From Myxococcota bacterium (GTDB lineage Bacteria > Myxococcota_A > UBA9160 > UBA4427), in assembly GCA_965250285.1 (NCBI GenBank), contig OZ252299.1:2176001-2240000 (forward strand): a stretch of DNA of 64,000 nucleotides, in the 5' to 3' direction. Positions 8,794 through 20,238 of this stretch are shown here, one piece after another. The notes beneath the pieces are model-generated. The model saw nothing but the letters and a program-made list of their open reading frames with translations. It was not told the DNA's origin and did no database searches. How positions within the stretch are numbered: the first letter of the stretch is position 1; the number at the start of each line of letters is the position of its first letter. The position numbers were made by a program, and so were the translations under genes.

Positions 8794-9828
8794 ATGCAGC
8801 CCCCGCGCAACTCGAACGAGAGCGCTCAAGAGAAGGAAAGCCCTCAGCCGCTACGACGCCCCGCGCCCGAGTCGAACCGCTCGCTCCTCTCCCCGATCGA
8901 GCGCTTGCAGCTGGGCGCGCTGCGCGCCGCGATGCGCGCCGCGAGCTGGATCGCGCCGATGCGCGGCCGCGGCCACGGCCTGCGGGTCGAACCGTTCCGC
9001 TACGGCACCCACGTGCTCGAAGTCGGCGACGTGCTCGAGTCGTCGAGCGACCCGACCGATCGCGCAGAGCGCAAGACACCTGTCGTGTACGTCCACGGCG
9101 GCGGCTGGGTCGCGGGCCACCGCGTCCTGTACACCGGCGACCTCGCCTTTCTCGCGCACGACGGCCGGCCCGTCGCGAATCTCGATTACCCCCTCGCGCC
9201 CGAGGCGCCCCATCCCGAGCCGCTCGAGGCGCTCTTGCGGGCACTCGCCGCGCTGCGCGCCGACGACCCGCGCTTCGATCGCGTGCACCTGGTCGGCGAC
9301 TCGGCGGGAGGCAACCTCGTCGTCATGCTCGCGCTGCTGCTCGAGGATCGCGCCGCGCTCGGCGGCTGGGCACCCGGAGCCACGCCCCGGACGCACCCCG
9401 AAATCGCCAGCGTGATCTCGCTCTACGGCGTGCTCGACCGGCTGTCGTGGCTCGAGCAGGGCTTTCCGATGGCTTCCCTCATGCTGCGCAGCTACGGGGG
9501 CAACGCAGCCTTCGCCGCCGACGTCGCGCCCGAGACCGCGATCACGCCCGTCGACCGAACGGCGACGGGCGGGCCCCCGATGTGGATCGCGACCGGCGAC
9601 CGCGACGCGCTCGCCGAATCGTCGCGCATCGGCGCTCGTCACCTCGAGCAGGCGGGCCTGCGTGTGCACCTCGAGTGTCATCCCGGCGAAGGCCACGGCT
9701 TCTTCAACTTCGCCGGTCGCCCCGAAGCGCAGCGCCTGCGCCGGGACATGCTTCGCTTCCTCGACGCGGTCGACGCCGAGCCGGGTGCCGCGGCCATGCA
9801 GACTAAAGACGGCGGCGACCCGAGGTGA
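8794..9828 (+). CDS. Alpha/beta hydrolase, HSL (family IV) esterase/lipase
   Basis: HGGGW oxyanion motif, GDSAGG nucleophile, GEGHGF His; GGAG RBS before ATG 8794. Confidence 0.9.
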   Translation: MQPPRNSNESAQEKESPQPLRRPAPESNRSLLSPIERLQLGALRAAMRAASWIAPMRGRGHGLRVEPFRYGTHVLEVGDVLESSSDPTDRAERKTPVVYVHGGGWVAGHRVLYTGDLAFLAHDGRPVANLDYPLAPEAPHPEPLEALLRALAALRADDPRFDRVHLVGDSAGGNLVVMLALLLEDRAALGGWAPGATPRTHPEIASVISLYGVLDRLSWLEQGFPMASLMLRSYGGNAAFAADVAPETAITPVDRTATGGPPMWIATGDRDALAESSRIGARHLEQAGLRVHLECHPGEGHGFFNFAGRPEAQRLRRDMLRFLDAVDAEPGAAAMQTKDGGDPR

Positions 9829-11024
9829 CCGGTGGCGCTGCCCGTGAGCGCGGTGTGCGGCTCGGCGATGCCCTCCCGTGCGTCGAGGCCTTGCGGGGTG
9901 CTCTGACCGAAGCGGGCGGCGGGGCCTGGGTCGTCGGCCCCACCCTGCTCGAGTTCGACGCTGGCAGGCCCCCGCCCAACGCCCTGGTCTGGACCGACGC
10001 ATCGCGCACCGCGATCACCGAGCACCTCGGCCAGGCGGTGCCGATCGACGCGGCGGGTCGGGTCTTTCGCGTCGTTTGGGAAGACCAGCTCTGTTTCATC
10101 CGTTCGCTCGCGACGCCGATCGACGACGCGCTCGCGCGCATGCCGTTCGGCGTGCTGGCGGTCGGCCTCGAGGCCGGCACCGGTGCGCTTCGCGATCCGG
10201 TGGGCGGCGGCCGCGACCTCGCCGATCGCCGGCTGCGAGGTCGCGCCGACGCCAAGACGCTGGCGCGCCGGGACCCTTTGGTCGCCCTGCGCGCCGCGTC
10301 GCTCGTCGCCCGCCACGGGCTGCGCTTCGACGCTGACGAGGCCCGCGCGTTCGCGCACGCCCTGCCCGCACTCGAAGCCGCGCCGGCGGCGCATCGGGCA
10401 AGCCTGCTCGGTTCGATCCTGCAGACGCGCTCACCGAGCGCGGCGCTCTCGCTGCTCGACGCCGCCGGCCTGCGCCGCCGCTGGCTCGGCGCCGAGTCGA
10501 GTCTCGAAGCGAGCGCGTTCGACACGCTTCCGACCGACGCCGCGGTGCGGCTGCTCGCGTGGTGCCAACCGCACCCGGTGGCCGGGCTGCTGCGTCGCAT
10601 TCGGGTGGGGGCCGGCCTGCGCGCACGATTGGTGCGGCTCGCCGAGCACCATCCGCTCGACGAGCGACATTCGAACACTCGCCCCCGGACGGTGCGCCGT
10701 CTGCTGGAACGCATCGGGGAAGACGACTTCGACGCGTTGATCGCCCTGCGCCGCGCCGAGCTCGAGCGTGCTCCACGCCCCGACGCCCGGGCTCGTCTCG
10801 ACGCGCTGGCCGATGCGCGCCGAGCGCTGTCGACGGCCGAAGTCGAGCGCATCGGTCTCGAAGTGGGCGGGCGCGATCTCATCGAAGCGCTCGGGATCGA
10901 GCCGGGGCCGCCGATCGGCCAGCTGCTCGCGCAGCTCGAGACCGAGGTGATCGCGGGCCGGATCGAGAACGACCGAGGGGCGCTGCTGCAGCGGGCCGAA
11001 GCGATCCGACGCGACGGCGATTGA
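9825..11024 (+). CDS. CCA-adding enzyme/poly(A) polymerase-fold protein with degenerate catalytic motifs
   Basis: Class II nucleotidyltransferase layout (AWVVG..., [22 protein letters not shown]-terminal [20 protein letters not shown]) but the DxD, RRD and EDxxR motifs are absent. Confidence 0.78.
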   Translation: MTGGAARERGVRLGDALPCVEALRGALTEAGGGAWVVGPTLLEFDAGRPPPNALVWTDASRTAITEHLGQAVPIDAAGRVFRVVWEDQLCFIRSLATPIDDALARMPFGVLAVGLEAGTGALRDPVGGGRDLADRRLRGRADAKTLARRDPLVALRAASLVARHGLRFDADEARAFAHALPALEAAPAAHRASLLGSILQTRSPSAALSLLDAAGLRRRWLGAESSLEASAFDTLPTDAAVRLLAWCQPHPVAGLLRRIRVGAGLRARLVRLAEHHPLDERHSNTRPRTVRRLLERIGEDDFDALIALRRAELERAPRPDARARLDALADARRALSTAEVERIGLEVGGRDLIEALGIEPGPPIGQLLAQLETEVIAGRIENDRGALLQRAEAIRRDGD

Positions 11025-11377
11025 AGTGGCACGGGGGCATGCGCGCCGAGGCGCGGGCGCCCGCCGTCGGCGTTCCGAAGTGGAGCGCAACCTCGACGAC
11101 CGCGCGGTTGCGGCGCGGGGGCTGCGCTCGGGTGTGCCGGCGCCGATCCTCTTCGACCCCGGACGCTCGATCGCCCAGCGAGGCGCTTCGATGGCACGCT
11201 GCGCCGAAAAGACCACCTCAGGTCAGCGCATTCGGTGCCGATGCATGCACCTTCGGCGCGAGTGAACGGCTACACTCCCAGGCCCCGAATCATCCCTTCG
11301 AGCTTCGTGTGACCGGTGTGCGTCCGCGTCCTCGGCCTCGGTGCCCGCTCGGTGGCTGGAAAGGCGCGACGTTCCCG

Positions 11378-14341
11378 ATGCAGGCGCTCTTCGAGGCGAT
11401 CCAGGAGTCTTGCAGCCGGACCATCTGGTCTCGCGGCGTCGAGCTTGTGCGGGCCGACGCCGTCGCGAGTGAGGGGCGTTCGGGGGAAGGCCTGGCTTTT
11501 CGCGTCGCGACGAAGTCGGGCCTCGTGTCTCCGCAGGTCGTGCTCTACGTCGACGACGAAGACTGGGAGTGCACCTGTAACGGCCCCGACGACCCCTGCG
11601 AACACGTCGCCGCCGCCGCCATCGCCCTGCGCAAGTCGAAGCGTTCGGGCGACGCGGTGCCCGAGGCCAGCGAGCAGGCGGGCCGCTTGCGGTATCGATT
11701 CGTCGTCGATGGCGGCCAGCTCGCGCTCGAGCGCGACGTCGTCGTCGCCGGCGAGGCGACACGCCTGCACGCCACGCTCGACGCCCTCGCCAAGGGCCGC
11801 GTGGCGGGCCCGCCGATCGTCGCAACGCCGACCGACGTCGAGATCGAGCGCATCCTCGGCCCGCGACGCATGGGCGCCCTGCCCCGCAACAGCTTGCATC
11901 GGATCCTCGAGAAGCTCGCGGGCGAGCTCGATGCGCCCGTCGACATCCAGCTCGACGGCGCACCGATCGAGGTTTCGAACGAGCCCGTTCTCCCGATCGG
12001 CCGGGTGGTCGACGCGCCGGGGGGTGTGCGGCTCTTCGTCGAGCAGGATCCCGCCCTCGAGCACGTCTACCGGAACGGCGCCGCGATCGTCGCCGGTCAG
12101 CTACGACCGGTCGGCGAGAGCCGCCTCGATGGTCGCGAACGCGAAGAGCTGCCCCGCGGCCGCTTCTTCCCGACCGAACGCTTCCCCGACCTCGTCACCG
12201 AGGTGCTGCCGGCGCTCGAACAGCGCATCCCCGTCGTCGTCGAGACCGCTCGACTGCCGCGCACGGCATCGGGCGAGCGGCCGCGGATCCGACTCGAGGT
12301 GCGCCGAGACGGCAATGCACTCACGCTGCTGCCGACGCTCGTCTACGGCGATCCGCCCCAGGCGCGCATCGATGCCGGCCGGCTCGTGCATCTGCGAGGC
12401 GACATGCCGCTCCGCGACGAAGGGGCCGAGGCGTCGGAGATCGCGCGATTGCGGGACCGGCTCGGGCTCGCACCCGGGCGCCGCGTGCGGCTCGTCGATC
12501 AGGCCGCGGTCGACATGGCGCGCCGCCTCGACGGCTGGCGCGGTGAAGTCGACGGCGGCGCCCTCGCCGACTTCCACGTGGCGCCCGCGCTCGAACCGCG
12601 TCTCGAGATCGACGGCGATCGCTTTCGGCTGGCCTTCGAGCCCGGCGCCGCCGACAGGGGCGACGCCGACGACGAGGACGTGCACCCCTTCGATCGCCAA
12701 CGCGGCGGCGCCGATGCCCTGAGCGTGATGCGCGCGTGGCGGGAGGGCTCGACGCTCGTCCCGCTCGACGGCGGCGGCTTCGCCCCGCTCCCCGCCGACT
12801 GGCTGTCGCGCTACGGCGACCGGGTCGCCGACCTGCTCGAGGCGCGCGCCGCCAACGATCGGATCCCCGCCTACGCACTGCCCGATCTCGGCCGGCTCTG
12901 TGAAGACCTCGACGAGCCACCGCCGCCCGACCTCGATCGCCTGCGGCCGATCGTCGATGACTTCGACGGCATCCCCGAAGCGAAGCTGCCCGAAGACCTC
13001 CGCGGGGAGCTGCGACCGTACCAGCGCCACGGGGTCGACTGGCTCTGCTTCATGCAGAAGGTCGAGCTCGGCACGCTGCTCGCCGACGACATGGGCCTCG
13101 GCAAGACGCTGCAGACGCTCTGCGCGATCGAGGCGCCGGCCCTCGTCGTCGCGCCGACGAGCGTGCTGCACAACTGGGTCGACGAGATCGAGCGCTTCCG
13201 GCCCGCGCTCACGACCTGCCTGTACCACGGCGCCCAGCGCAGTCTCGACGAGCAGGCCGACGTCACGCTCACCAGCTATGCGCTGCTGCGCCTCGACGCG
13301 AAGACGCTCTCGCAGCGCGACTGGGCCATGGTCGTGCTCGACGAGGCCCAGAACGTGAAGAACCCCGATAGCCAGGTCGCGCGCGCGGCCTACGGTCTCA
13401 ATGCGCGGTTCCGCGTGGCCCTCACGGGTACGCCGGTCGAGAACCGACTCGACGAGCTGTGGAGCCAGCTCCACTTCCTGAACCCCGGCCTGCTGGGCGG
13501 GCGTCCCGACTTTCAGTCTCGCTATGCGAGACCGATCGGCGAAGGCGACACCGAGGTCGCGGCGCGACTGCGCGAGCGCATTCGCCCCTTCCTGATGCGC
13601 CGACTCAAGCGGGACGTCGCGCCCGAGCTGCCCCCGCGCACCGACGTCGTGCTGCACTGCACCCTCGACGACGAGGAGCGCGCCGTCTACGACGCGGTGC
13701 GGGCCGCGACCGTGTCGAAGGTCGTCGAGCAGCTGCGCGGCGGCGGCGGTGTGATGGCTGCCCTCGAAGCGCTGCTGCGGCTGCGCCAGGCGGCGTGCCA
13801 CCCGGCGCTCGTCCCGGGCCAGGAGGCCACGCGCTCGAGCAAGCTCGACATGCTGCGCGACCGGCTCGAAACGGCGTCGGCCGAAGGCCACCGCGCCCTC
13901 GTCTTCTCGCAGTGGACGGCGCTGCTCGACCTCGTCGAGCCCGAGCTCGAAACGGCCGGGCTCGACTTCGTGCGTCTCGACGGCACGACCCGCGATCGCC
14001 GCACGGTGGTCGAGACGTTCCAGAGCGATAGCGGCCCCCCGGTGATGCTGGTCTCGCTCAAGGCGGGCGGCAGCGGCCTGAACCTGACGGCGGCCGATCA
14101 CATCTTCCTGCTCGACCCGTGGTGGAACCCGGCCGTCGAGGATCAGGCGGCCGATCGCGCACACCGCATCGGTCAGCAGAAGAACGTGATCGTGCACCGG
14201 CTGGTCAGCGAGGGCACGGTCGAAGAGCGGATCCTCGAGCTGCACGCGCGCAAGCGCGCGCTCTTCGAGGCGGCGCTCGGGGGCACCGGCGAGAGCTCGG
14301 GGCTGTCGCGAGACGACCTGCTCGCACTCCTCGAAGACTGA
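11378..14341 (+). CDS. SWIM zinc-finger SNF2-family helicase/ATPase
   Basis: SWIM CTC...[47 protein letters not shown]. Confidence 0.95.
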   Translation: MQALFEAIQESCSRTIWSRGVELVRADAVASEGRSGEGLAFRVATKSGLVSPQVVLYVDDEDWECTCNGPDDPCEHVAAAAIALRKSKRSGDAVPEASEQAGRLRYRFVVDGGQLALERDVVVAGEATRLHATLDALAKGRVAGPPIVATPTDVEIERILGPRRMGALPRNSLHRILEKLAGELDAPVDIQLDGAPIEVSNEPVLPIGRVVDAPGGVRLFVEQDPALEHVYRNGAAIVAGQLRPVGESRLDGREREELPRGRFFPTERFPDLVTEVLPALEQRIPVVVETARLPRTASGERPRIRLEVRRDGNALTLLPTLVYGDPPQARIDAGRLVHLRGDMPLRDEGAEASEIARLRDRLGLAPGRRVRLVDQAAVDMARRLDGWRGEVDGGALADFHVAPALEPRLEIDGDRFRLAFEPGAADRGDADDEDVHPFDRQRGGADALSVMRAWREGSTLVPLDGGGFAPLPADWLSRYGDRVADLLEARAANDRIPAYALPDLGRLCEDLDEPPPPDLDRLRPIVDDFDGIPEAKLPEDLRGELRPYQRHGVDWLCFMQKVELGTLLADDMGLGKTLQTLCAIEAPALVVAPTSVLHNWVDEIERFRPALTTCLYHGAQRSLDEQADVTLTSYALLRLDAKTLSQRDWAMVVLDEAQNVKNPDSQVARAAYGLNARFRVALTGTPVENRLDELWSQLHFLNPGLLGGRPDFQSRYARPIGEGDTEVAARLRERIRPFLMRRLKRDVAPELPPRTDVVLHCTLDDEERAVYDAVRAATVSKVVEQLRGGGGVMAALEALLRLRQAACHPALVPGQEATRSSKLDMLRDRLETASAEGHRALVFSQWTALLDLVEPELETAGLDFVRLDGTTRDRRTVVETFQSDSGPPVMLVSLKAGGSGLNLTAADHIFLLDPWWNPAVEDQAADRAHRIGQQKNVIVHRLVSEGTVEERILELHARKRALFEAALGGTGESSGLSRDDLLALLED

Positions 14342-14494
14342 CCCGCGCGGGATCGGCGACCGGCAGGCGACCGGCAACGGCTCAAGTCGCGCCGGACGCG
14401 CCCCGAAACCGCTGGGGTGGCGCACGCTGATTCGGCGCGCCCCCACGGCGTCGAGATGCGGGCCACGTGAACCGCGCGACGACGCGGAGTCGTC

Positions 14495-14938
14495 ATGCCC
14501 CCCCATCCTCCGAACCCGGCCAAGCGGGCCGTCCGTGCCCTGCTCACCCTCGCCCTGCCGCTCGCGCTCGGCTTCGTGACCGGCGGCGTCGTCGCGTCGG
14601 ACCTGGCGCGCGTCACCACCGAGGGCGAAGACCTGCGCGTCGTGCGCCCGCCCACGCCGGGGCTGGCTCACCGCGAACCGAACCCCGCACTGCTCGCGTT
14701 CAGCTCGCCGATCCCCGAGCACGCACCAGACCCGCGCCCGACGCGGCGCTCGGTGCAGGAGGCCGTCGACGAGATCGACCCGCGCGCGTGGCTCGCACGC
14801 TACGGCGAGGTCGCCGAGCGACCCGCTGCGCTTGCGCCCGCGCCCGCTTCGACCCGGCGCGCCTGGCTCGCCCGCTCCGGCGAGGTCGCCGAGCGACCCG
14901 CCACGCTCGCATCCGCGCCCGGTTCGACCCCGCACTGA
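14495..14938 (+). CDS. Small exported/membrane hypothetical protein with a duplicated 25-aa C-terminal motif
   Basis: GGAG RBS, hydrophobic N-terminal segment, and two copies of RAWLARxGEVAERPAxLAxAPxST (75-bp period, 14783-14932). Confidence 0.55.
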   Translation: MPPHPPNPAKRAVRALLTLALPLALGFVTGGVVASDLARVTTEGEDLRVVRPPTPGLAHREPNPALLAFSSPIPEHAPDPRPTRRSVQEAVDEIDPRAWLARYGEVAERPAALAPAPASTRRAWLARSGEVAERPATLASAPGSTPH

Positions 14939-15130
14939 CGGGCGGTTTCGGCGCTCGCGCCCGGCTCGGCGAATGCCCGCCCCCGGGGCCCCTCCCCTTG
15001 CCCGCCTGGGCGACGTGCCTAGCTTCCCGCGTCGGTTCCCGGCACATTGGCGGTCGTCGGGTGAGACGATCCTTGCTTTGGCGAGCGCCCGACCCGAAGG
15101 TCGGCGCAGGCCCGAGATGCGGAGGCAGAC

Positions 15131-16105
15131 TTGAGCGATCGAAGCGGAGCGAGAGATCCCTACGCCGCCCTGGGTGTGGCGCGCGGTGCCTCCGCTGACG
15201 ACATCAAGAAGGCGTATCGCAAGCTCGCGCAGAAGTATCACCCCGACCGCAACGCCGACGACGCCGAGGCGGAAGAGCGTTTCAAGGAAGTGAGCGCCGC
15301 GTACGCGGTGCTGTCGGACGACGATCGCCGCCAGGCCTACGACGAGTTCGGTGAGATCGCCCTCGACCCGAACTTCGACGTCGAGCAGGCGCGCCAGGCC
15401 CAGCAGGCGGGCGGCTTCGGCTTCAGCGGCTTCGAGGGCTTTCAGCGCGCCGACTTCGGCGACCAGGCGGGGGGCTTCGGCTCGATCTTCGAAGACCTCT
15501 TCGGGGCCGGCGGCCGTCCCCATGGTGGCCCCCCGCGCCCGAGGAAGGGCCGCGATCTCGAAGCCGACCTCGAGCTCGACTTCGAGGCGGCGGCGCTCGG
15601 CGCAGAGCGCCGCATCTCGGTGGCACGGCCGCTCGCGAGCGGCGGCGTCGGGTCGGAGTCACTCACGGTCCGCATTCCGCCGGGTGTCGACGATGGCGGT
15701 CGGATCCGCCTCGCCGGCAAGGGCGGCGAGAGCCCGAATGGCGGTCCGGCCGGCGACCTCTTCTGCCGGGTCCATGTGAGGCCCCACCGGCACTTCACGC
15801 GCGACGGACGCAACCTGCAGCTCGACGTCCCGGTGTCGATGCTCGAGGCCGTGAACGGCGCCGAGATCGAGATCCCGACGTTGCAGGGCAGCGTCCATCT
15901 GCGCGTGCCGGCCGGCTCGGACGGCGGCAGCAAGCTGCGCCTGCGCGGCAAGGGCATCCCGGCCGCCGGCGGCAAGCCCGACGGCGACCTCATCGTGACC
16001 CTGCGCATCAAGACGCCGAAGAAGCTCGAGGACGAGCAGCGGGATCAACTCGCACAGCTGTTGCCCGACGAGGGCGACGGCCTGAGAAAGGAGAGATTCG
16101 GTTGA
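15131..16105 (+). CDS. Class B J-domain chaperone (CbpA/DnaJ-like, no Zn finger)
   Basis: J domain with HPD, G/F-rich region and DnaJ C-terminal domains; GGAGG RBS before TTG. Confidence 0.93.
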   Translation: MSDRSGARDPYAALGVARGASADDIKKAYRKLAQKYHPDRNADDAEAEERFKEVSAAYAVLSDDDRRQAYDEFGEIALDPNFDVEQARQAQQAGGFGFSGFEGFQRADFGDQAGGFGSIFEDLFGAGGRPHGGPPRPRKGRDLEADLELDFEAAALGAERRISVARPLASGGVGSESLTVRIPPGVDDGGRIRLAGKGGESPNGGPAGDLFCRVHVRPHRHFTRDGRNLQLDVPVSMLEAVNGAEIEIPTLQGSVHLRVPAGSDGGSKLRLRGKGIPAAGGKPDGDLIVTLRIKTPKKLEDEQRDQLAQLLPDEGDGLRKERFG

Positions 16106-16746
16106 GCCTCGTCGTCGACGATGTCGTGCGGACGCCCGGCAGCGCCCTGATCACCCTCGTTCGCCACGGTCAAACGGCCGCCAACACAGGCGGCGTGTGG
16201 CACGGCTCGACCGACACACCGCTGAGCGACCACGGTCACGGTCAAGCGGCCCAGGTCGCGTCACATCTGGCCGACATCACGAGCGACGTCGTCGCCGTCT
16301 TTGCGAGCCCGCTGCAGCGCGCGCGACACACGGCGGGCGCGATCGCGTCGGCCCTCGCCCTCGACGTCGAGGTGCACGCCGGGCTCACCGAGTACGACCT
16401 CGGCGAGTGGGAGGGGCTCACCTACGAGCATCTCCACCAGGAAAAGAAGCTCTGGGATCACATGGCGCGCGACCCCGACTACGCACCCCACGGCGGCGAG
16501 AGTCCGCGCAGCGTCACCGAGCGGCTGATCGGCGCCTTCGAGGATCTCGACGCGCGCCACGCCGGCGAGCATGTCGTGGCCGTCTCGCACGGCGGCGCGA
16601 TGGCGCTGGCCCTGGGGTACCTGATCGAGCGCGAGCATGGCCGCTGGAAGCGCGTGATGAAGAACTGCGCGGTCACTCAGCTCGAGCTCGATCCCGAGCC
16701 GCGCCTGCTCGCCTTCAACCACACGGCTCACCTCCAAGACGCATGA
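16102..16746 (+). CDS. Histidine phosphatase (phosphoglycerate mutase-like) family protein
   Basis: LVRHGQT, SPLQRA, E.DLGEWEG, VSHGG. Confidence 0.92.
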   Translation: MSLVVDDVVRTPGSALITLVRHGQTAANTGGVWHGSTDTPLSDHGHGQAAQVASHLADITSDVVAVFASPLQRARHTAGAIASALALDVEVHAGLTEYDLGEWEGLTYEHLHQEKKLWDHMARDPDYAPHGGESPRSVTERLIGAFEDLDARHAGEHVVAVSHGGAMALALGYLIEREHGRWKRVMKNCAVTQLELDPEPRLLAFNHTAHLQDA

Positions 16747-16827
16747 CCTCATCGCGGGCAGCGACGCCGTCGGGCCCGTCTCGCGTCGGCTGCTACGCTC
16801 GTTCGTGAACTCGAACCGGGGATCCCC

Positions 16828-17298
16828 TTGCCGAAGCGACGCGATCAGGTCCGGATGACGGACGACGAGCTCTGGAAGTTCATCGACAGCCAGAAGACCG
16901 TTCAGCTCGCCACGATCGGCCCCGACGGGGCACCGCACCTCGTGCCGCTCTGGTTCGCCGTCGAGGACGGCGCGATCATCCTCGAGACCTTCACGAAGAG
17001 CCAGAAGGTCAAGAACCTGGAACGCGACGCTCGCGCGACGCTCCTATTCGAAGACGGCGACGTCTACAACGAGCTGCGCGGCGCGTCGATGACCGGCAAG
17101 GTCGAGCTCGTGCGCGAGGTCGAACGCGTGCACGATCTCCACATGCAGGTGCTGCTTCGCAACACGCCCGAGATTCCGAAGGACGTGCTCGAAGAGGCGA
17201 CGAAGTCGATGGCCCACAAGAAGACGGCGATCCTGGTGCGACCGACCGAGTGCAAGGTCGCGAGCTGGGATCACTCGAAGCTCGGCGGCGTCTACTGA
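16828..17298 (+). CDS. Pyridoxamine 5'-phosphate oxidase-like (PPOX class, probable F420/flavin-binding) protein
   Basis: LATIGPDGAPHLVPLWF and KSQKVKNLERD, C-terminal SWDHSKL. Confidence 0.85.
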   Translation: MPKRRDQVRMTDDELWKFIDSQKTVQLATIGPDGAPHLVPLWFAVEDGAIILETFTKSQKVKNLERDARATLLFEDGDVYNELRGASMTGKVELVREVERVHDLHMQVLLRNTPEIPKDVLEEATKSMAHKKTAILVRPTECKVASWDHSKLGGVY

Positions 17299-17323
17299 CG
17301 AGCGAGGAGCCGACCCGATCTCC

Positions 17324-18316
17324 ATGAGCTGGGGGGTGATGGAGATTTCGACGCGACCCGTAAAGCGGCGGCCCGCACTGGCCGCCCTCGGGCTCTGCTG
17401 CGCCCTGCTCTCGACGCCGCTCGCCGCGGCGGCCCAGGTGGCCTTCCTCGACCCGCCGCGGGGCCAACTCGAACGCACGAATGACATCGACTTCGCCGCC
17501 GATGGCGAGTTCGGCGGCGACATCGATGGCGGCGGCAGCTTCAACCTCCTCCGCATCGGCGGCAGCTTCACGACCGATGGGGCAATCAACCGCAACTTCG
17601 GGCTCGGGATCCACGTCGCCTACACCTACAACGGGTATCGCTTCGACGAAGCCTCGAATCCCTCCTGCGCGCCCGATGCGGCCTGCTTCCAGGTGCCGCC
17701 CTGGCGCAACATCCACACGACCGACATCGCCCCATCGGCGGGCATCATCTTCGGCCCCGGCTTCCAGCTCCTCGCGTGGGTCCCGATGCGCTTTTCGAAC
17801 GAGTCGGGACGATCGAAATCGCCGTTCACCGGGGGCATCGTCGGCGCGGTGCGGATCGTCCTCGATCAGGGACGGATCGCGACGACGCTCGGCGTCGGCT
17901 TCATGAGTGAGCTCGAGGCCAGCGGCCGAGTGTTCCCCGTGATCGGGGTCGACTGGAAGATCGGCGAGCGCTGGCACTTCGTGACCGAGGGCGGGCCCTA
18001 CGAGGGCGGCCTCGGCACGCTGATCTTCGGCCCCGCCCAAGACATCAAGCTGCGGGTCTCTTCGGGCTGGGAGCGCAAGCGCTTTCGGCTCTCCGATGCG
18101 GGGGCGCGATCCCCCAACGGCATCGGGCAGCAGGTCGACGCGCCGATTCTCGCTGGGATCGATCTACGCCTCTCGGACGCGTTCCATCTCGAAGCCCATG
18201 GCGGCATCTCGGTCGCCGGCCGCCTGTCGATCTTCGACTCGCTCGGCAACCGCCTGCTCGCCGAAGACTACAGCGTCGCCGGTCGCGCAGGAGGCTCGCT
18301 CCGCATCACCTTCTGA
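17324..18316 (+). CDS. Outer-membrane beta-barrel protein (DUF6268-like)
   Basis: Signal peptide, alternating amphipathic strands (FPVIGVDWKI), C-terminal Phe. Confidence 0.65.
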   Translation: MSWGVMEISTRPVKRRPALAALGLCCALLSTPLAAAAQVAFLDPPRGQLERTNDIDFAADGEFGGDIDGGGSFNLLRIGGSFTTDGAINRNFGLGIHVAYTYNGYRFDEASNPSCAPDAACFQVPPWRNIHTTDIAPSAGIIFGPGFQLLAWVPMRFSNESGRSKSPFTGGIVGAVRIVLDQGRIATTLGVGFMSELEASGRVFPVIGVDWKIGERWHFVTEGGPYEGGLGTLIFGPAQDIKLRVSSGWERKRFRLSDAGARSPNGIGQQVDAPILAGIDLRLSDAFHLEAHGGISVAGRLSIFDSLGNRLLAEDYSVAGRAGGSLRITF

Positions 18317-18330
18317 GCGAGGGGTCGCGA

Positions 18331-19800
18331 CTAGAGCGGCACGCGCTGCGGGAAGTTGGGCATCACGACGCCGGCGAGCTCCTCGAGGCAGCGCACCACC
18401 TGACGGCTGTAGCCGAACTCGTTGTCGTACCAGACGTACACGACCACGTGTTTGCCGTTCACCAGCGTCGCCTGGCTGTCGACGACCCCCGCGAAGCGAT
18501 TGCCCACCAGATCGCTCGAGACGACCTCGGTCGAGTTGGTCCAGTCGATCTGGTTCTGCAGCGGCCCCTCGAGCGAGACCTGCAGCAGGTACGCATTCAG
18601 CTCTTCTTTGCTCACCTCGCGGCCGAGCTCGAGCTTGAGGATCGCGAGCGACACATTGGGCGTCGGCACGCGGATCGCGTTGCCCGTCAGCTTGCCGGCC
18701 AGCTCGGGCAACGCCTTGGCGACGGCCTTCGCTGCGCCCGTCTCGGTCACGACCATGTTCAGCGCGGCCGCGCGGCCGCGGCGATCCTTCTTGTGATAGT
18801 TGTCGATCAGGTTCTGATCGTTCGTGTAGCTGTGCACCGACTCGAGGTGACCCGACTCGATGCCGTACTCGTCGTTCAGCGCCTTGAAGACCGGCACCAC
18901 CGCGTTCGTCGTGCAGCTCGCGGCCGTGAGCACCGGGCCCATGTCGCGGATCCCCTGGTGGTTCACCCCGTACACGATGTTCGGCAGGTCGCCCTTGCCG
19001 GGTGCGGTCAGGATCACCGTCGAGGCACCGGGGCTCTTGACGTGCAGCGAGAGCTCTTCGCGCGTGCGCCACACACCGGTGTTGTCGACCACGATGGCAT
19101 CCTCGATGCCGTACTTCGTGTAGTCGACCTCGTCGGGCGAGTTCGCGTAGAGCACGCGCACCATGTTGCCGTTGATGATCAGCGCGTTCTCTTCTTCGTC
19201 GATCGTGATCGCACCCGCGAACGTGCCGTGGACCGAGTCGCGGCGCAGCAGGCTGGCGCGCTTCGCGAGGTCGTTGGCGGCGCCCTTTCGAACGACGATG
19301 GCGCGCAGCCGCAGCGCCTCACCATCGCCGGTCTTGCCGGCGAGGATGCGCGCGAGCAATCGGCCGATGCGGCCGAAGCCGTAGAGCACGACATCCTGGG
19401 GACGATTGCGAATCGACGACTTGCCGGTGCAGATCTCGGCGAGCTCCTGCGCAACGAACTCGGCGACGTCGACGTCCGCTCCCGTGCTCTCCTGGCGCGC
19501 GACGAGGTGGGTGTAGAGGTTGCCGACATCGATGCGCGCGGGCGCGAGGTTGAGCTCGGCGAGCGCCCGAACGATCGGATGCGTCTCGTCGAGGGTCAGC
19601 GGCATGTCGATCAGCGCGCGCGCGACCCGGTGCGTCTCGACGATCTCGAGCGGCGACTTGTTGACCAGGCTGTGTCCGAAGATCGTGAGAATCACGCCGC
19701 GCTCGCGGTACAGGCGACCGACGATCGGAACCAGGTCTTCGGCGTTCTGATGGCGGCGCTGCCAGTCGGACAGGTAGGCGTCGGTCTTCGAGTCACTCAT
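18331..19800 (-). CDS. gap: Glyceraldehyde-3-phosphate dehydrogenase, long form with an N-terminal extension
   Basis: YGFGRIGR, AASCTTN catalytic motif, WYDNEFGYS; about 130-aa N-terminal extension as in long-form (GapB/PA3001-type) enzymes. Confidence 0.95.
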   Translation of the reverse strand: MSDSKTDAYLSDWQRRHQNAEDLVPIVGRLYRERGVILTIFGHSLVNKSPLEIVETHRVARALIDMPLTLDETHPIVRALAELNLAPARIDVGNLYTHLVARQESTGADVDVAEFVAQELAEICTGKSSIRNRPQDVVLYGFGRIGRLLARILAGKTGDGEALRLRAIVVRKGAANDLAKRASLLRRDSVHGTFAGAITIDEEENALIINGNMVRVLYANSPDEVDYTKYGIEDAIVVDNTGVWRTREELSLHVKSPGASTVILTAPGKGDLPNIVYGVNHQGIRDMGPVLTAASCTTNAVVPVFKALNDEYGIESGHLESVHSYTNDQNLIDNYHKKDRRGRAAALNMVVTETGAAKAVAKALPELAGKLTGNAIRVPTPNVSLAILKLELGREVSKEELNAYLLQVSLEGPLQNQIDWTNSTEVVSSDLVGNRFAGVVDSQATLVNGKHVVVYVWYDNEFGYSRQVVRCLEELAGVVMPNFPQRVPL

Positions 19801-20142
19801 CGTCGGGGGCATCCTCGTTCGGGCGGTGCGCGGTTGCGGCCGGGCTGCGCTCGGCCGTCGCGGGCGCTGGGCCGGCAACCCACGCGGGTAGGTGTCCGGC
19901 GGACGGCGGAGAGTGACGCCCTCCCCGCGCCTGGGCTTCGAATCGGCAGGACTCTCTGCCCAAGGAAGCGGTCTGACGGAGGTCGTGACTCGTGCGACGC
20001 GCGCACGGTACCGCATGGTCCCCGACGGGTCACAGCCTCATGCGCGCTGCCACGCTGGGTTGCGCGACACGTGCACCCGCAACCGATGCGCAGACGCACC
20101 GATGGGTCCAGCGCTCGACGCGCGGCCCTGAACGCGTCAAAC

Positions 20143-20156
20143 TAGAACACGTTTCA
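20143..20156. promoter_or_regulatory. KstR-type operator palindrome TAGAACACGTTTCA
   Basis: Exact match to the TnnAACnnGTTnnA consensus, in an AT-rich patch 82 bp upstream of the FadE26-like start. Confidence 0.75.
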
Positions 20157-20238
20157 CTTGCCCCCCGCGCGCGGCCCGAGGCCGCACGAAGAAGGCCGGC
20201 GGACGCTCCGCCGAGAGCCCCACACGGACGAGGACGCG

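Noticed and set aside
11027..11042. Sigma54 promoter TGGCACGGGGGCATGC upstream of the SNF2 gene
   Set aside because: GG-to-GC spacing is 11 rather than the strictly required 10, and TTGC is absent.
14355..14376. 11-bp direct duplication GGCGACCGGCA after the SNF2 stop as a target-site duplication
   Set aside because: The copies are adjacent with no element between them, and no transposase is nearby; too short to interpret.
19810..20100. Riboswitch (ZTP-like fragments GGTCGTGACT and CGCCTGGGC) or tRNA-like element near gap
   Set aside because: The fragments are in the wrong order and orientation for a ZTP aptamer and no cloverleaf can be built; only generic GC hairpins are present.
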